Shown here: in pieces, positions 1 through 9,186 of the stretch | Layout of the letters: every line of letters begins with the position of its first letter | Numbering within the stretch: position 1 is the first letter of the stretch | Virus record (IMG/VR): IMGVR_UViG_3300018475_000128 | Source of the DNA: an uncultured virus (IMG/VR IMGVR_UViG_3300018475_000128) | Taxonomy: Duplodnaviria; Heunggongvirae; Uroviricota; Caudoviricetes | Reading direction: 5' to 3' (one strand) | DNA length: 64,000 nucleotides | Position numbers and translations under genes: made by a program | Notes under the pieces: model-generated | Seen by the model: the letters and a program-made list of their open reading frames with translations, nothing else | Database searches by the model: none | What the model was told of the DNA's origin: nothing

Positions 1-4
1 CATA

Positions 5-430
5 TTATTCTCCTTTCAGAAGTTCAGGATTGTCGTGAATATTACCAATAACTTCAATGCGATTAATATCACTATAACGTTCTAGGAAACCTTCCGAATA
101 TCCGTCGTTGAATAATACTTGAAATGTAGCACAACCTTCATTGAATATAACTAATAGTGGTTCACCATGTATATCATCGGATCTTAAAATGTCACCCTCG
201 AATATCTTTTTACCGTTCTTATCCTTAAGTCCTGTGTATTGTCCGATGGTTGAGAAATCTATTGGAATGGCGTCGCCGTCAATAGTTCCTAAATCAGCAT
301 CGAGATATGGATAATCATAGCGATCAGAATCTTCTGATTCGAGAATGCAACAGAATTTACCTGTCTGAATCAGAGAACCATATACCCAATTAACGCCAGA
401 GGTTTTCCCTCTAAATAGAATTTCACGCAT
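5..430 (-). CDS. YopX family phage protein
   Basis: MREILFRGK...WVYGSL...GQYTGLKDKNGKKIFEGDIL...IEVIGNIHDNPELL; RBS AAGGAG before ATG at 430. Confidence 0.85.
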   Translation of the reverse strand: MREILFRGKTSGVNWVYGSLIQTGKFCCILESEDSDRYDYPYLDADLGTIDGDAIPIDFSTIGQYTGLKDKNGKKIFEGDILRSDDIHGEPLLVIFNEGCATFQVLFNDGYSEGFLERYSDINRIEVIGNIHDNPELLKGE

Positions 431-441
431 ATTATTCTCCT

Positions 442-666
442 TTAACAATTAATGCAATGAACCGTAATATCCCAATGTTTAGGACATGTATCGTCAAAAA
501 ATTCAGTAGCAAATTCTCGAAATTTTTTAGCACATATTGGACATAAGTCACCATAGTCTGCTAATTTAAGCCAATGAGGTAAATAGGTACCACCATAACC
601 CAAATCGACTTCTGTCCCGCATCGATCACATGTAATTATTTTAGTTTCTCTAGTTGCCATGTTCAT
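442..666 (-). CDS. small Zn-ribbon protein
   Basis: CDRC...CPIC motifs; start inferred from RBS. Confidence 0.55.
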   Translation of the reverse strand: MNMATRETKIITCDRCGTEVDLGYGGTYLPHWLKLADYGDLCPICAKKFREFATEFFDDTCPKHWDITVHCINC

Positions 667-1048
667 TCTCCTTTCAGAGGTTCTAGACCAAATCATTTTC
701 TAATTTCATTAGGAGTAACTTTACTCATCATTCCTTCTTGCCGACCAGCTTGAAGTCCAAGATTATATCCCTGCAGAAAGGCTTTATTTATATCAGCATT
801 GTAATCTTTTTTAGAAATAACGAAGTCTTGTTTTCCTATAATTCTGAGCATAGTTATTCTCCCTTTTTATCCTAGAATAAAATATTTAAATCTAGATTAG
901 TTTTTGGCTTCGGAATTGATTGCGTTAAGTTCGCTGATAGCATCGAGCTTACCCTGCTTATAGAACATAGCTCCAATAGCTGCGATGTTCATAATAACAA
1001 GTGGAAGTGTCATCTTGTCTACTACCTTAGATACAAATTTAATCATGT

Positions 1049-1198
1049 TTAGTTCTCCTTTACTATTTCAATTTCATTATTTTTTATAATTTGTATATCA
1101 ATATTGCATTTATCACACCAGAAATCATAAATCCCGGTTTCAAATGGCTCTAAACGAATTAACTCTTTTTCACAGCAAGGACAAATATACTTTTTCAT
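1049..1198 (-). CDS. small Zn-ribbon protein (49 aa, below ORF-track cutoff)
   Basis: MKKYICPCCEK...WCDKC; RBS AAGGAG overlapping the end of the upstream gene. Confidence 0.5.
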   Translation of the reverse strand: MKKYICPCCEKELIRLEPFETGIYDFWCDKCNIDIQIIKNNEIEIVKEN

Positions 1199-1200
1199 AA

Positions 1201-2778
1201 TTATTCTCCTTTCAATGCTTCCTCGACAGGAGCATATCTATCGGAATTTAAAGTCTCGAGCAGACACTCGAAAGGATCGGTCTTACCGCTCATAACCATC
1301 TTTGCGATGTTAGTAGAGAAGCCGCTAACCAGTGCTACACCAAGGTCGTTTTCCTTTACAGGAATGGTACCAGTGCGGGAAGCAACATTCCAAAATATCA
1401 ATCGAGGCATTTTATAACCTGCGTTAGCATATTTCTGAGAAATTAAATCAAATAGTCGCTGATCTACTTTTGAGTGTCTATAACGATTGCGTCCGTAAAT
1501 AAATGAATCAAGCTCAACCAAAGAACCGCAAGCACAACTGTCAAATTCCATATCAGAAATGATGAGAATGTTCGCAGGCAGATCTTCCTGGCTCATGTGA
1601 TTGTTCACAGCTGAAGTTAGAATCAAATCAAATACAGCTTCGATGTTAGTATTTGCAACCTCGTCATGAGCGAGTGCCGTTTGTATTTTTGCATGCAAAG
1701 AATCGCAATTACTAAAATCAACAATCTTAGGTCTTTCAGAGAAGGTAATATACTTATCCTTGAATTGACCCGAAGAGCGCTCGGCAAAATAAATTGCCAA
1801 AGCATTCGCAACGTCTAGTGCAGAAACGCTTGAATGAGGATCTACCCTAGTAGTCATACTACCAGATCCGTCAGCGACAACAATAGTATTACTGCAGCCA
1901 TTAACTGTATCAGGCAGAGCTTTCCACAGAGCCTCAATAGTTGCGTCCTTAGACTTTCTAAAATAACTATTACCATTGGTATATTTGTGAACAATGTCAT
2001 GAGGGAAAAGAGTAGAGGCGTTGATTTTGGTTTCGCCTTTTTCGAGCTTGTCGAGATAGTCTCTGCGTCTCTCTTCGTCATTTCTGAGGAATGCATTGTT
2101 GTAAATAAGATTTGCCCTAGAGGGAACTGCTTCGTACTTAATCTCGGACCAATTCTTTCCGGACATCTTAACTTCAACAACATCGAGGTATTTACGGAGT
2201 TTACTAAGCATTTTACGGTATTCTCGTTCGGACATTCGAAGTGCCTTACACATTTTCTTACCATAAGCCTTAGTTTTTGCAGAAGAGGTATTAACTGAGG
2301 GAAGCCACTTGGCTAGAAGGGAAATAGGCTTGCTCAATTGTGCATTGGTTATGTCTTGTGCAAGCTGATCATCAACGAGCTGGTATACAACATCAGCTGA
2401 TTTCTCGTCATCAAGCAAGCACCACAAATCATCATATCGGCCATACTCAGGTATCAGATTGATAACAGGAATAACCATCTCTGGATTAGACTTAACCAGA
2501 TCTGCCAGAACAACTCTGAATAATCTGCGTTCACCCAAACCCTGTCTTACATCACGAGCAAAGAAGAGCCACTTCATCGCAAGAATCTTGCCTTCACAGA
2601 AAGCTTTCTTGAATCGATTTGCAACTTCTTCGTCACTCATACTACGAAGAGAAGCGACTGCAAAGTTCAGATCGAGCAGCTCTTTACCAGTGGTACGGTA
2701 ACCAACGGCTCCGTTTTCGGTTACAGAGACATTCATCTCATTGTTAAGAGTCTCACCGATTGCATTCATAAAGTTCAT
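1201..2778 (-). CDS. Ro60/TROVE-like protein with C-terminal vWA domain (DUF2828-like)
   Basis: TENGA, RDVRQGLGERRLF, EYGRYDDL, LLAKWLPS in a helical N-domain; vWA MIDAS DGSGS...NTN...SDMEFD, IFWNV; GGAGG RBS at 2786-2790 favours the ATG at 2778. Confidence 0.8.
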   Translation of the reverse strand: MNFMNAIGETLNNEMNVSVTENGAVGYRTTGKELLDLNFAVASLRSMSDEEVANRFKKAFCEGKILAMKWLFFARDVRQGLGERRLFRVVLADLVKSNPEMVIPVINLIPEYGRYDDLWCLLDDEKSADVVYQLVDDQLAQDITNAQLSKPISLLAKWLPSVNTSSAKTKAYGKKMCKALRMSEREYRKMLSKLRKYLDVVEVKMSGKNWSEIKYEAVPSRANLIYNNAFLRNDEERRRDYLDKLEKGETKINASTLFPHDIVHKYTNGNSYFRKSKDATIEALWKALPDTVNGCSNTIVVADGSGSMTTRVDPHSSVSALDVANALAIYFAERSSGQFKDKYITFSERPKIVDFSNCDSLHAKIQTALAHDEVANTNIEAVFDLILTSAVNNHMSQEDLPANILIISDMEFDSCACGSLVELDSFIYGRNRYRHSKVDQRLFDLISQKYANAGYKMPRLIFWNVASRTGTIPVKENDLGVALVSGFSTNIAKMVMSGKTDPFECLLETLNSDRYAPVEEALKGE

Positions 2779-2817
2779 AATTTTTCCTCCTAAAATTTTG
2801 ATTTTATTTCTAAAATC

Positions 2818-3276
2818 CAAGACGCATTATTTAACTCCGCATGTTAATTATTGAAGTTTGCTGTTAGCGTCTTTGGAAATTTTAGTCGTTCGAGAGACGG
2901 TTGACCGGATCATGGTCTATAAAAATGGCGATCTTAAATTTGCTGTACGTCTCTCTCTTTGATTTAAGCAAGGCACAAATACGGTGTTTGATTAACTGTC
3001 AAATCGTTATGTAATTTTGCTGCATGTGCCTTTCATAGAATATTCGAGAGACTTTTTAGGAATCGAACCTATTTCAACCATAAATATAATTGCTGTACGT
3101 CTCTCTTGTTGACAAGGTACTATTACGGTTTTAGATTAACTGTCTAATCGTTATGTAATGTTGCTGTTAGTACCTTTAAAATATAAAAGAGGATTGACTG
3201 TAGATGTAACTATACTCAAGACACTAAACGTATAAATTCCCTAAATTTATGTTTGAAATTTGCTGTTTGTGTCTTT
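2818..3276 (-). ncRNA. array of six hairpin RNA units with conserved RCAGCAA bulge (candidate Y-RNA-like ligands)
   Basis: units at 3218-3275, 3114-3176, 3046-3105, 2970-3032, 2892-2955, 2819-2873; each has a 7-bp terminal stem, 2 nt, RCAGCAA, a variable apical hairpin and a 3' G; compensatory stem changes between units. Confidence 0.75.
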
Positions 3277-3305
3277 CTAATAGATACTTCTAAGAGCCAA
3301 TCCTC

Positions 3306-3331
3306 CCATTATACAAATTGTTTTCTTCGCG
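3306..3331 (-). promoter_or_regulatory. cassette promoter motif copy 1 (upstream of hairpin array and Ro60-like gene)
   Basis: CGCG AAGAAA ACA ATTTG TATAAT GG. Confidence 0.7.
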
Positions 3332-3333
3332 AA

Positions 3334-4089
3334 TTACCATTCAAATGTTGGAATGGGTTGTGATTTAAATAAATTTTTATTATGTAAGTAATCGATTCGT
3401 TCTTTCGCTTCCCTATCCTCGCAGATGCCGGTACGAATATAACAATCGAGAGTGTCATATGAGAATCCGAGATTTTCCTCGTCGGTCAAATCACACAAAC
3501 CATCGCTGGGAACCTTCTCGATAAATTCCACTGGCAAACCAAGCTCATAACCGATAGCTTTTACTTCGGTTACAGTAAGATTAGCCAAGGGAGCAAAATC
3601 TCCTACACCATCGCCCCATCGGGTAGAATATCCAACATAATCCTCAGACAGATTGCAGTTATTGGATACTCGTCCGTTCACGCTCTGAGCGATAGCATAA
3701 AGAGTAGCCATTCGGAGTCTTGCAGGGAGGTTTGTTTGAGTTTGTTTTGAGATGGAGAAGTCGGGGAAGTCTTTACGGTTGTTATAAGCGGATTCTACGA
3801 TACCACCGATTATGTATAAGTTAGCAGACAAAATATTAGTTTCGAGGCTTCTTATACCTAAATAGCTAATAACATCTCGCGAATCATTAATATCATGCTG
3901 AGCTCCTTTTGGTATCATTACGCCAATAACTCGATCTGCGCCAAGAGCCTCAACACAAAGTGCCGCTACGATAGTGGAATCCTTACCACCGGATATGCCA
4001 ACTATGGCATTACATCCAGGACCATTTTCTTCAAACCAGTCACGTATCCACTGGACAAGATCGTCTTTTACTTTTCTAGCGTTAAACAT
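3334..4089 (-). CDS. nadE: NH3-dependent NAD+ synthetase
   Basis: GISGGKDS PP-loop, NLPARLRM, GYSTRWGDG, KVPSDGL, TDEENLGFSY. Confidence 0.92.
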   Translation of the reverse strand: MFNARKVKDDLVQWIRDWFEENGPGCNAIVGISGGKDSTIVAALCVEALGADRVIGVMIPKGAQHDINDSRDVISYLGIRSLETNILSANLYIIGGIVESAYNNRKDFPDFSISKQTQTNLPARLRMATLYAIAQSVNGRVSNNCNLSEDYVGYSTRWGDGVGDFAPLANLTVTEVKAIGYELGLPVEFIEKVPSDGLCDLTDEENLGFSYDTLDCYIRTGICEDREAKERIDYLHNKNLFKSQPIPTFEW

Positions 4090-4105
4090 TTTATTACTCC
4101 TTATC

Positions 4106-4501
4106 TTACAACTTAATACCGAGGTAGTTACATAAGTTTATGTATTCTCCAAGCTCGATACTATGGCCGTTGCGCTCGATTTTTTCGGTTTTGCCTCTGT
4201 CTTTATACCAGCTAATTTCATACCACTCGTTTTCTCCAAGAATATAAATAGTGGTTTGATCATCTATCCAATAATATTTAATTATATAATCGGCTAATGT
4301 TATATCGGGACTCCAATAACGATAAAACCATCTTCTTAGAATATCGCCGCCATTCCAGTTATCGCGGTTAAATACCCAATATTCTTCTGGATCATCTAGT
4401 TCTTTTAGAAAGAGTGGTCTCGGTTTACTACCGTAATGTCCGCTAGCAATCATGCGCTCTTTTTCTTTTTCATACCATGTAAGATAATCTTTTACTGTCA
4501 T
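4106..4501 (-). CDS. hypothetical protein
   Basis: 131-aa ORF in operon; ISWYKDRGKTE motif. Confidence 0.6.
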   Translation of the reverse strand: MTVKDYLTWYEKEKERMIASGHYGSKPRPLFLKELDDPEEYWVFNRDNWNGGDILRRWFYRYWSPDITLADYIIKYYWIDDQTTIYILGENEWYEISWYKDRGKTEKIERNGHSIELGEYINLCNYLGIKL

Positions 4502-4503
4502 AA

Positions 4504-4965
4504 TTACTCCTCCTCCGGTTCATACTCATAAATATAAACGTCAAAGTCTTCACCAAGAATATCATCGATCATGGTAGAGATGACCTTCCAGTCACCTCCA
4601 CCAAGACCACAGCCGATATTCTTAGGGAAGCCTATACTTACCCCATACGGAATCCATGATTTAAGTTGTTTCAATGCTTTGGAAAATGCTTCATAGGAAG
4701 TATATTGTTTTCCGTCATAGCCATACGTTAATTGACCGAATATATTAACTATATTGCGATCATCGGTGTTATCAATATCGATATTTCCAAGCAACGTTTC
4801 AGGATCAAATGTATCGCAAAGAAACTTATACTTTACATATACTTTAGGCCAACGCTCACGGATTTGTTTAGCGATACCGGAACCCATCCGCCCCTGACAA
4901 TTCACCTGATGACAAATATAATTACAGTCGCTATCCAGTAAGTTACCTTTAACGTACTTAACCAT
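4504..4965 (-). CDS. macro domain (ADP-ribose binding/hydrolase) protein
   Basis: GNLL, ICHQVNCQGRMGSGIA, FPKNIGCGLGGGDW. Confidence 0.88.
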   Translation of the reverse strand: MVKYVKGNLLDSDCNYICHQVNCQGRMGSGIAKQIRERWPKVYVKYKFLCDTFDPETLLGNIDIDNTDDRNIVNIFGQLTYGYDGKQYTSYEAFSKALKQLKSWIPYGVSIGFPKNIGCGLGGGDWKVISTMIDDILGEDFDVYIYEYEPEEE

Positions 4966-4978
4966 ATATTCTCCTCCT

Positions 4979-5266
4979 TTAGCCCGCATCAAACATAATA
5001 CTAGGGATTATATCAGGCGATGTTTCGATTTTATATGCATCTAATTTATGTCGATCGATGAGTTCTGAACGAAAGATACCTTCGACTTTTTGCATAGGAA
5101 TATCGAACTCAAATTTTGGTCTAAAATCACCATCTCCATCGGAATAGAATCCTAGTAATCTACTAGAACCTAAAAATCCTAAATATTGCATAGTGTTTAG
5201 CATGCTTTGAAAATATGGAATCCATCGTTCTTCCATTTTTACATTGATGTTGAACTCTTTAACCAT
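4979..5266 (-). CDS. conserved phage hypothetical protein
   Basis: GSSR...FYSDGDGDFRPKF motif; translationally coupled. Confidence 0.6.
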   Translation of the reverse strand: MVKEFNINVKMEERWIPYFQSMLNTMQYLGFLGSSRLLGFYSDGDGDFRPKFEFDIPMQKVEGIFRSELIDRHKLDAYKIETSPDIIPSIMFDAG

Positions 5267-6746
5267 ATATTCTCCTCCGAATATCCATGAAGTCGTAACG
5301 GTTTATAATCATTCCGTCCTTAAAGACTGTCTTGAGAGCTGTGTCCTCTTCGGGAATTAATTGCATATATTCGTCCCAGCAAGCAAAGTTTCCGCGTGTT
5401 GCTTTAAACTCGTCCGGCGTATCTACGACCTTACAACATCCCTTATGACTCTTTTTAAGATTACCCTCATCGGTCTTGGGGTCCTTAAATATAAACAGCT
5501 GCTTATCACCGAATTCGCCGTACGTAGCCTTCATCGCCATACCGAACGTGTCTCTGGTGACGACAGTCATTTTACCATCATCGTCGAACAGTGCATGGAA
5601 GCAGAAAGCGCCCACACCAAACACTACGTTGTTGGCTGCGAATCCGCGTTCCTTCAAAATATCATAGATCTGATGAACACGATTAAGAGTGCAACCATCA
5701 CCGTAAATAAGACCGATATGAGGATCGAGTTCCTTATAGCCCTTAGCGTTTATAGTACCGCCAAAGACCTCCCACAGCTTCTCGATAGTGCGAACGGAAA
5801 TATCAACCATATCGCCGCTATCAGGTCTAATGAGAAGCTTACCATTATGAGCCATGATCTCGTCCTTACAGACAGGAATAATATTTTCGACCATGTTCCA
5901 ATAGTCATATGTATCGGACACCATAGAGAAGGAAGTATTAGGATATAATTCTGTCAACAGGCGCTTCACGAAAGTAATCTCGTCGCCGTCAATAGCAAAG
6001 TTTGCTCCCATAACGGAATGTTCTGTTGATACAGCACCTCGACCGATACCATTATCGGCGCAGTGAGCATCATAATGATAGTTAATATAAGGCAGAGCAG
6101 GAATAGTAGAGGTTTTATTGAAGCTCAATAACCAGGATGCTGATGTTCGAATAGAATCTTCCATACATGACATTCCGCGCATACCGAAGTCTGCCATAGC
6201 CATAAAGGGATCTGCTCCGTCCGTAGTCTCACCATAATATTTCTCAGCGAGATCATGATATGCTTTACCGATTGTAGCATAGGCACAAGGAGCCCACAGT
6301 TCAGATTGAAGAATACACTCAACCCACTGTACAACCCAAGCAAAATCAGGATGGGTATTTGTCATCTCAACAACAGGAATACCCATGTTTACGACGGAAC
6401 CTTCAGGAAGTGCGCGAATCTGCAGAGGTAAATATCCGAGCTCATGAAGAGCCTTGATCTTATCCCACTCAGTGTTTTCAACACCGATCTGAATATCCAT
6501 GTAATGCTTATAGTCACGTTCAATCTCAAACAAAGGTCTGTTAAAGAATTGTTCTCTAAATCCTTTAAGCAGATAATCGTCAATAAAAGCCTGGAGACCG
6601 AAAAATACCATATTGGGGAATGCTACTGACATGTTTTTACGAGGAGTGAGATAGGAGACTAATTTAGTCATGTTTTGAGGATATTGCCTGGGATGAGTGT
6701 GCTTATAAGTATCGGACATGAGCATCATCATAATATTATTTTTCAT
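5259..6746 (-). CDS. NAMPT/NadV-fold phosphoribosyl- or ADP-ribosyl-transferase (Namat-like)
   Basis: SDTYKHTH, DFGMRG, STEHSVM, VSDTYD, IRPDSGD, IYGDG, TRDTFGMAMKAT, KDPKTD...KKSHKG. Confidence 0.9.
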   Translation of the reverse strand: MKNNIMMMLMSDTYKHTHPRQYPQNMTKLVSYLTPRKNMSVAFPNMVFFGLQAFIDDYLLKGFREQFFNRPLFEIERDYKHYMDIQIGVENTEWDKIKALHELGYLPLQIRALPEGSVVNMGIPVVEMTNTHPDFAWVVQWVECILQSELWAPCAYATIGKAYHDLAEKYYGETTDGADPFMAMADFGMRGMSCMEDSIRTSASWLLSFNKTSTIPALPYINYHYDAHCADNGIGRGAVSTEHSVMGANFAIDGDEITFVKRLLTELYPNTSFSMVSDTYDYWNMVENIIPVCKDEIMAHNGKLLIRPDSGDMVDISVRTIEKLWEVFGGTINAKGYKELDPHIGLIYGDGCTLNRVHQIYDILKERGFAANNVVFGVGAFCFHALFDDDGKMTVVTRDTFGMAMKATYGEFGDKQLFIFKDPKTDEGNLKKSHKGCCKVVDTPDEFKATRGNFACWDEYMQLIPEEDTALKTVFKDGMIINRYDFMDIRRRIYG

Positions 6747-6793
6747 TTATAATACCTCAATCTTTAATTTGTCGTGGTACTCCAATGGACTCA

Positions 6794-7624
6794 TCAGAGT
6801 ACCTCGATTCGTTCATGTGATTTGGTGAAAATACTATTTGTGGTGTAAACTTTCTTAATAAGATCGCCTTTAAGCAATTCACCTTCAAGAATAGTATTCT
6901 CACAATGTGAAACGTACAGGTAAATATTATTTGCGCCTAGCTCCTTGAGCTTTTTAGCGCTATGGTAGAATGTACCACCTTTGGAGCAAATATCATCAAC
7001 GATCAAAATGTCTCTACCGCGGATTTGATCTACGGCTCCAGCTACCTCAAGACCTTCAATTTGTCCAGTTTCCCAATTACGCTTCTTAATACCAAAAGCG
7101 TAGGGGAGACTGACCATACCGGAATATCTTGACATTGCTCCGGCATCGGGATAGAACATAGTGAGAGAATATATAGGTGTATTATCGAAAGTCAATGGAT
7201 TGTATGAATCGTATGTTTTTACATCTAATTTGTCTATGACCTCAACAATATAAGGCTCGGGTGATACTACACTAATATTATTAATAAGGGCTTCGGAAAC
7301 AGTAGAGTGAGGATCTAAAACGGTAACAGTTCGAAATTTGAGGTCGTTGATAATCTCAGCGAAATATTTGAGGGTGAAAATATCTTCGGGGTTCTTAACT
7401 CTGTCTTGTCTAGCATTAGGGATATAAGGCATATATAGATCAATAAACTCATAACCGAGATTGCGAAGATGTTTAGTTAAATATATTAGAGCAACAAGTT
7501 CTCGGTCGTTTTCGTAATACCATTTGATATTGGCACTTAGTACTCCGTCATCGCCCTGCTTCATTAATATAGTTCCGTCAGGAAAGCTACCAATTTCAAT
7601 GATAACCTCGTTTAATTTAATCAT
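6794..7624 (-). CDS. PRPP synthetase-fold pyrophosphokinase (Adps-like)
   Basis: FPDG, MPYIPNARQDR, LDPHS, YPDAGA, IVDDICSKGGTF; adjacent to NAMPT-like gene. Confidence 0.88.
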   Translation of the reverse strand: MIKLNEVIIEIGSFPDGTILMKQGDDGVLSANIKWYYENDRELVALIYLTKHLRNLGYEFIDLYMPYIPNARQDRVKNPEDIFTLKYFAEIINDLKFRTVTVLDPHSTVSEALINNISVVSPEPYIVEVIDKLDVKTYDSYNPLTFDNTPIYSLTMFYPDAGAMSRYSGMVSLPYAFGIKKRNWETGQIEGLEVAGAVDQIRGRDILIVDDICSKGGTFYHSAKKLKELGANNIYLYVSHCENTILEGELLKGDLIKKVYTTNSIFTKSHERIEVL

Positions 7625-7642
7625 AAATATTCTCCTTAATTA

Positions 7643-8176
7643 TTAATCTCTTCGAACATTAATCTGACACATCTCCATTGTCTTAAGTGCTGCTTCGTGA
7701 GTTTCTGGAGTAACACCAGCGCAGCAAGTAGCATCAATTGAGATTTCCTTGTCATTGTAGAATCGAGCCTTGAGAAGCAAAGCATTAGATATCACACAAA
7801 TATCAGTACAGAGTCCAACCAGTTCGATCTCGTCACATTCGACATCGTTAAGATAGTTCGGAAGAAGAAAATATGATCCGAATGTAAACTTTTCAATTGT
7901 CTCTGTGTTTGTGTAGCCTACAGGTGGGAGCAGCTCGTCTGGAATATTCCATCCTTCAGAGTTGATGAGACAATGTTCAACTGGGAGTTTTTCGCCTTCT
8001 TTAGTATCGAGGTAATCCTGGAAATGGGTATCACGAGTATAAATAATCAAGTCACCGTTCTTAGCGGCTTCTTCAATCTTCTTTTTAACGTTAGGAACAA
8101 TAGCCTGAGCCTCAGGAGTTCCAAGTGAACCAGTGATGAAATCATTTTGCATATCAACAACTACAAGTACTTTCAT
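7643..8176 (-). CDS. pncA: nicotinamidase (isochorismatase family)
   Basis: VVVDMQNDF, TRDTH, HC...GW, K, GLCTDICV. Confidence 0.85.
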   Translation of the reverse strand: MKVLVVVDMQNDFITGSLGTPEAQAIVPNVKKKIEEAAKNGDLIIYTRDTHFQDYLDTKEGEKLPVEHCLINSEGWNIPDELLPPVGYTNTETIEKFTFGSYFLLPNYLNDVECDEIELVGLCTDICVISNALLLKARFYNDKEISIDATCCAGVTPETHEAALKTMEMCQINVRRD

Positions 8177-8202
8177 ATTTTTTCTCCTTTATAAATATAA
8201 GA

Positions 8203-8862
8203 TTAATCGAGTTCAGTTACTGCTTTATACTCTTTGAGCAGTTCTGACATAGTAGGGTCGTTCTCAGCCATCATTTGATACAGAGCAATATCCTGCAGCT
8301 GCCTTACACGCTCCTTCATCTTAGCCTTCAACTCAGCAGATTTTGCGCGATTAGCAACTCTTTCGTTATATGCATCAATATTTACCTTAGCTACAATTTC
8401 TCTTTGTGTAGCAATATCATTTTGCTCTACGATTTCTTCAACCTTAGCCAAACCAAAACCATGATTTGCCGACTTAACTACACAAATATCACCGACTTTG
8501 AGTTCGGGATCGAAGTTTGCATATTCATAAAGTCTTTTAGTTTCATAGAGACCGTCAATAAATTTAATTTTTGCAATGTTAAGATAATTAGTAATATTAG
8601 TTTGCATAGTTGTTACCTCCATTTGTTTATCAATAATTACAAGATCGCCGGGTGCAAAATAAAAAACTCCATATGAGCTATTCGGGTTACGAGTATTATC
8701 GAGTCTGACACTAATATCGCTTCCATTAATGGCTCGTACGCTACCGCATTCACCGATTAGATCAACGGATTTGTATTTGTGCTGCTTGGCAACTCTTACT
8801 CTTGAACCTACTTCGAAACCTAATTTTCGATTAAGGTAGCCTAAATATAAAGATTCGTACAT
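8203..8862 (-). CDS. hypothetical protein
   Basis: 219-aa ORF with RBS; KOW/SH3-like segments and C-terminal helix. Confidence 0.6.
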   Translation of the reverse strand: MYESLYLGYLNRKLGFEVGSRVRVAKQHKYKSVDLIGECGSVRAINGSDISVRLDNTRNPNSSYGVFYFAPGDLVIIDKQMEVTTMQTNITNYLNIAKIKFIDGLYETKRLYEYANFDPELKVGDICVVKSANHGFGLAKVEEIVEQNDIATQREIVAKVNIDAYNERVANRAKSAELKAKMKERVRQLQDIALYQMMAENDPTMSELLKEYKAVTELD

Positions 8863-8877
8863 AGCGTTCTCCTTTCG

Positions 8878-9186
8878 TTATACTGGTAATGCTTTATCGT
8901 CGATATAGAAATCCGCTACAATTTTTCTGGAATTTCCACCGAAAAGCTCTTTGATTCGTTCGAGATTGTCGTTCACTGCATCGAATGTTAGACCTTGGTC
9001 CGCACACCATGAAACAGCCTTCTCCAGATCGTCACCTTCTCTACAGGTCCATAAAATAATTTCATGACCATCTTGACGAAGCTTTTTAATATTCTTTATC
9101 ATCTCGGTCTTTGGTTCGCCGATCTCAGGCCATGCGTTCTTACACAAAGTGCCATCGAAGTCTACTGCAAATATCTTATGTTTCAT
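8878..9186 (-). CDS. small HAD-superfamily phosphatase
   Basis: AVDFDGTL, LWTCR, RK, YIDDK. Confidence 0.8.
   Translation of the reverse strand: MKHKIFAVDFDGTLCKNAWPEIGEPKTEMIKNIKKLRQDGHEIILWTCREGDDLEKAVSWCADQGLTFDAVNDNLERIKELFGGNSRKIVADFYIDDKALPV

Noticed and set aside
2818..3276. CRISPR array interpretation of the repeated units
   Set aside because: No identical direct repeats with unique spacers; conservation is structural (paired ends enclosing the variable part), and there are no cas genes in the window
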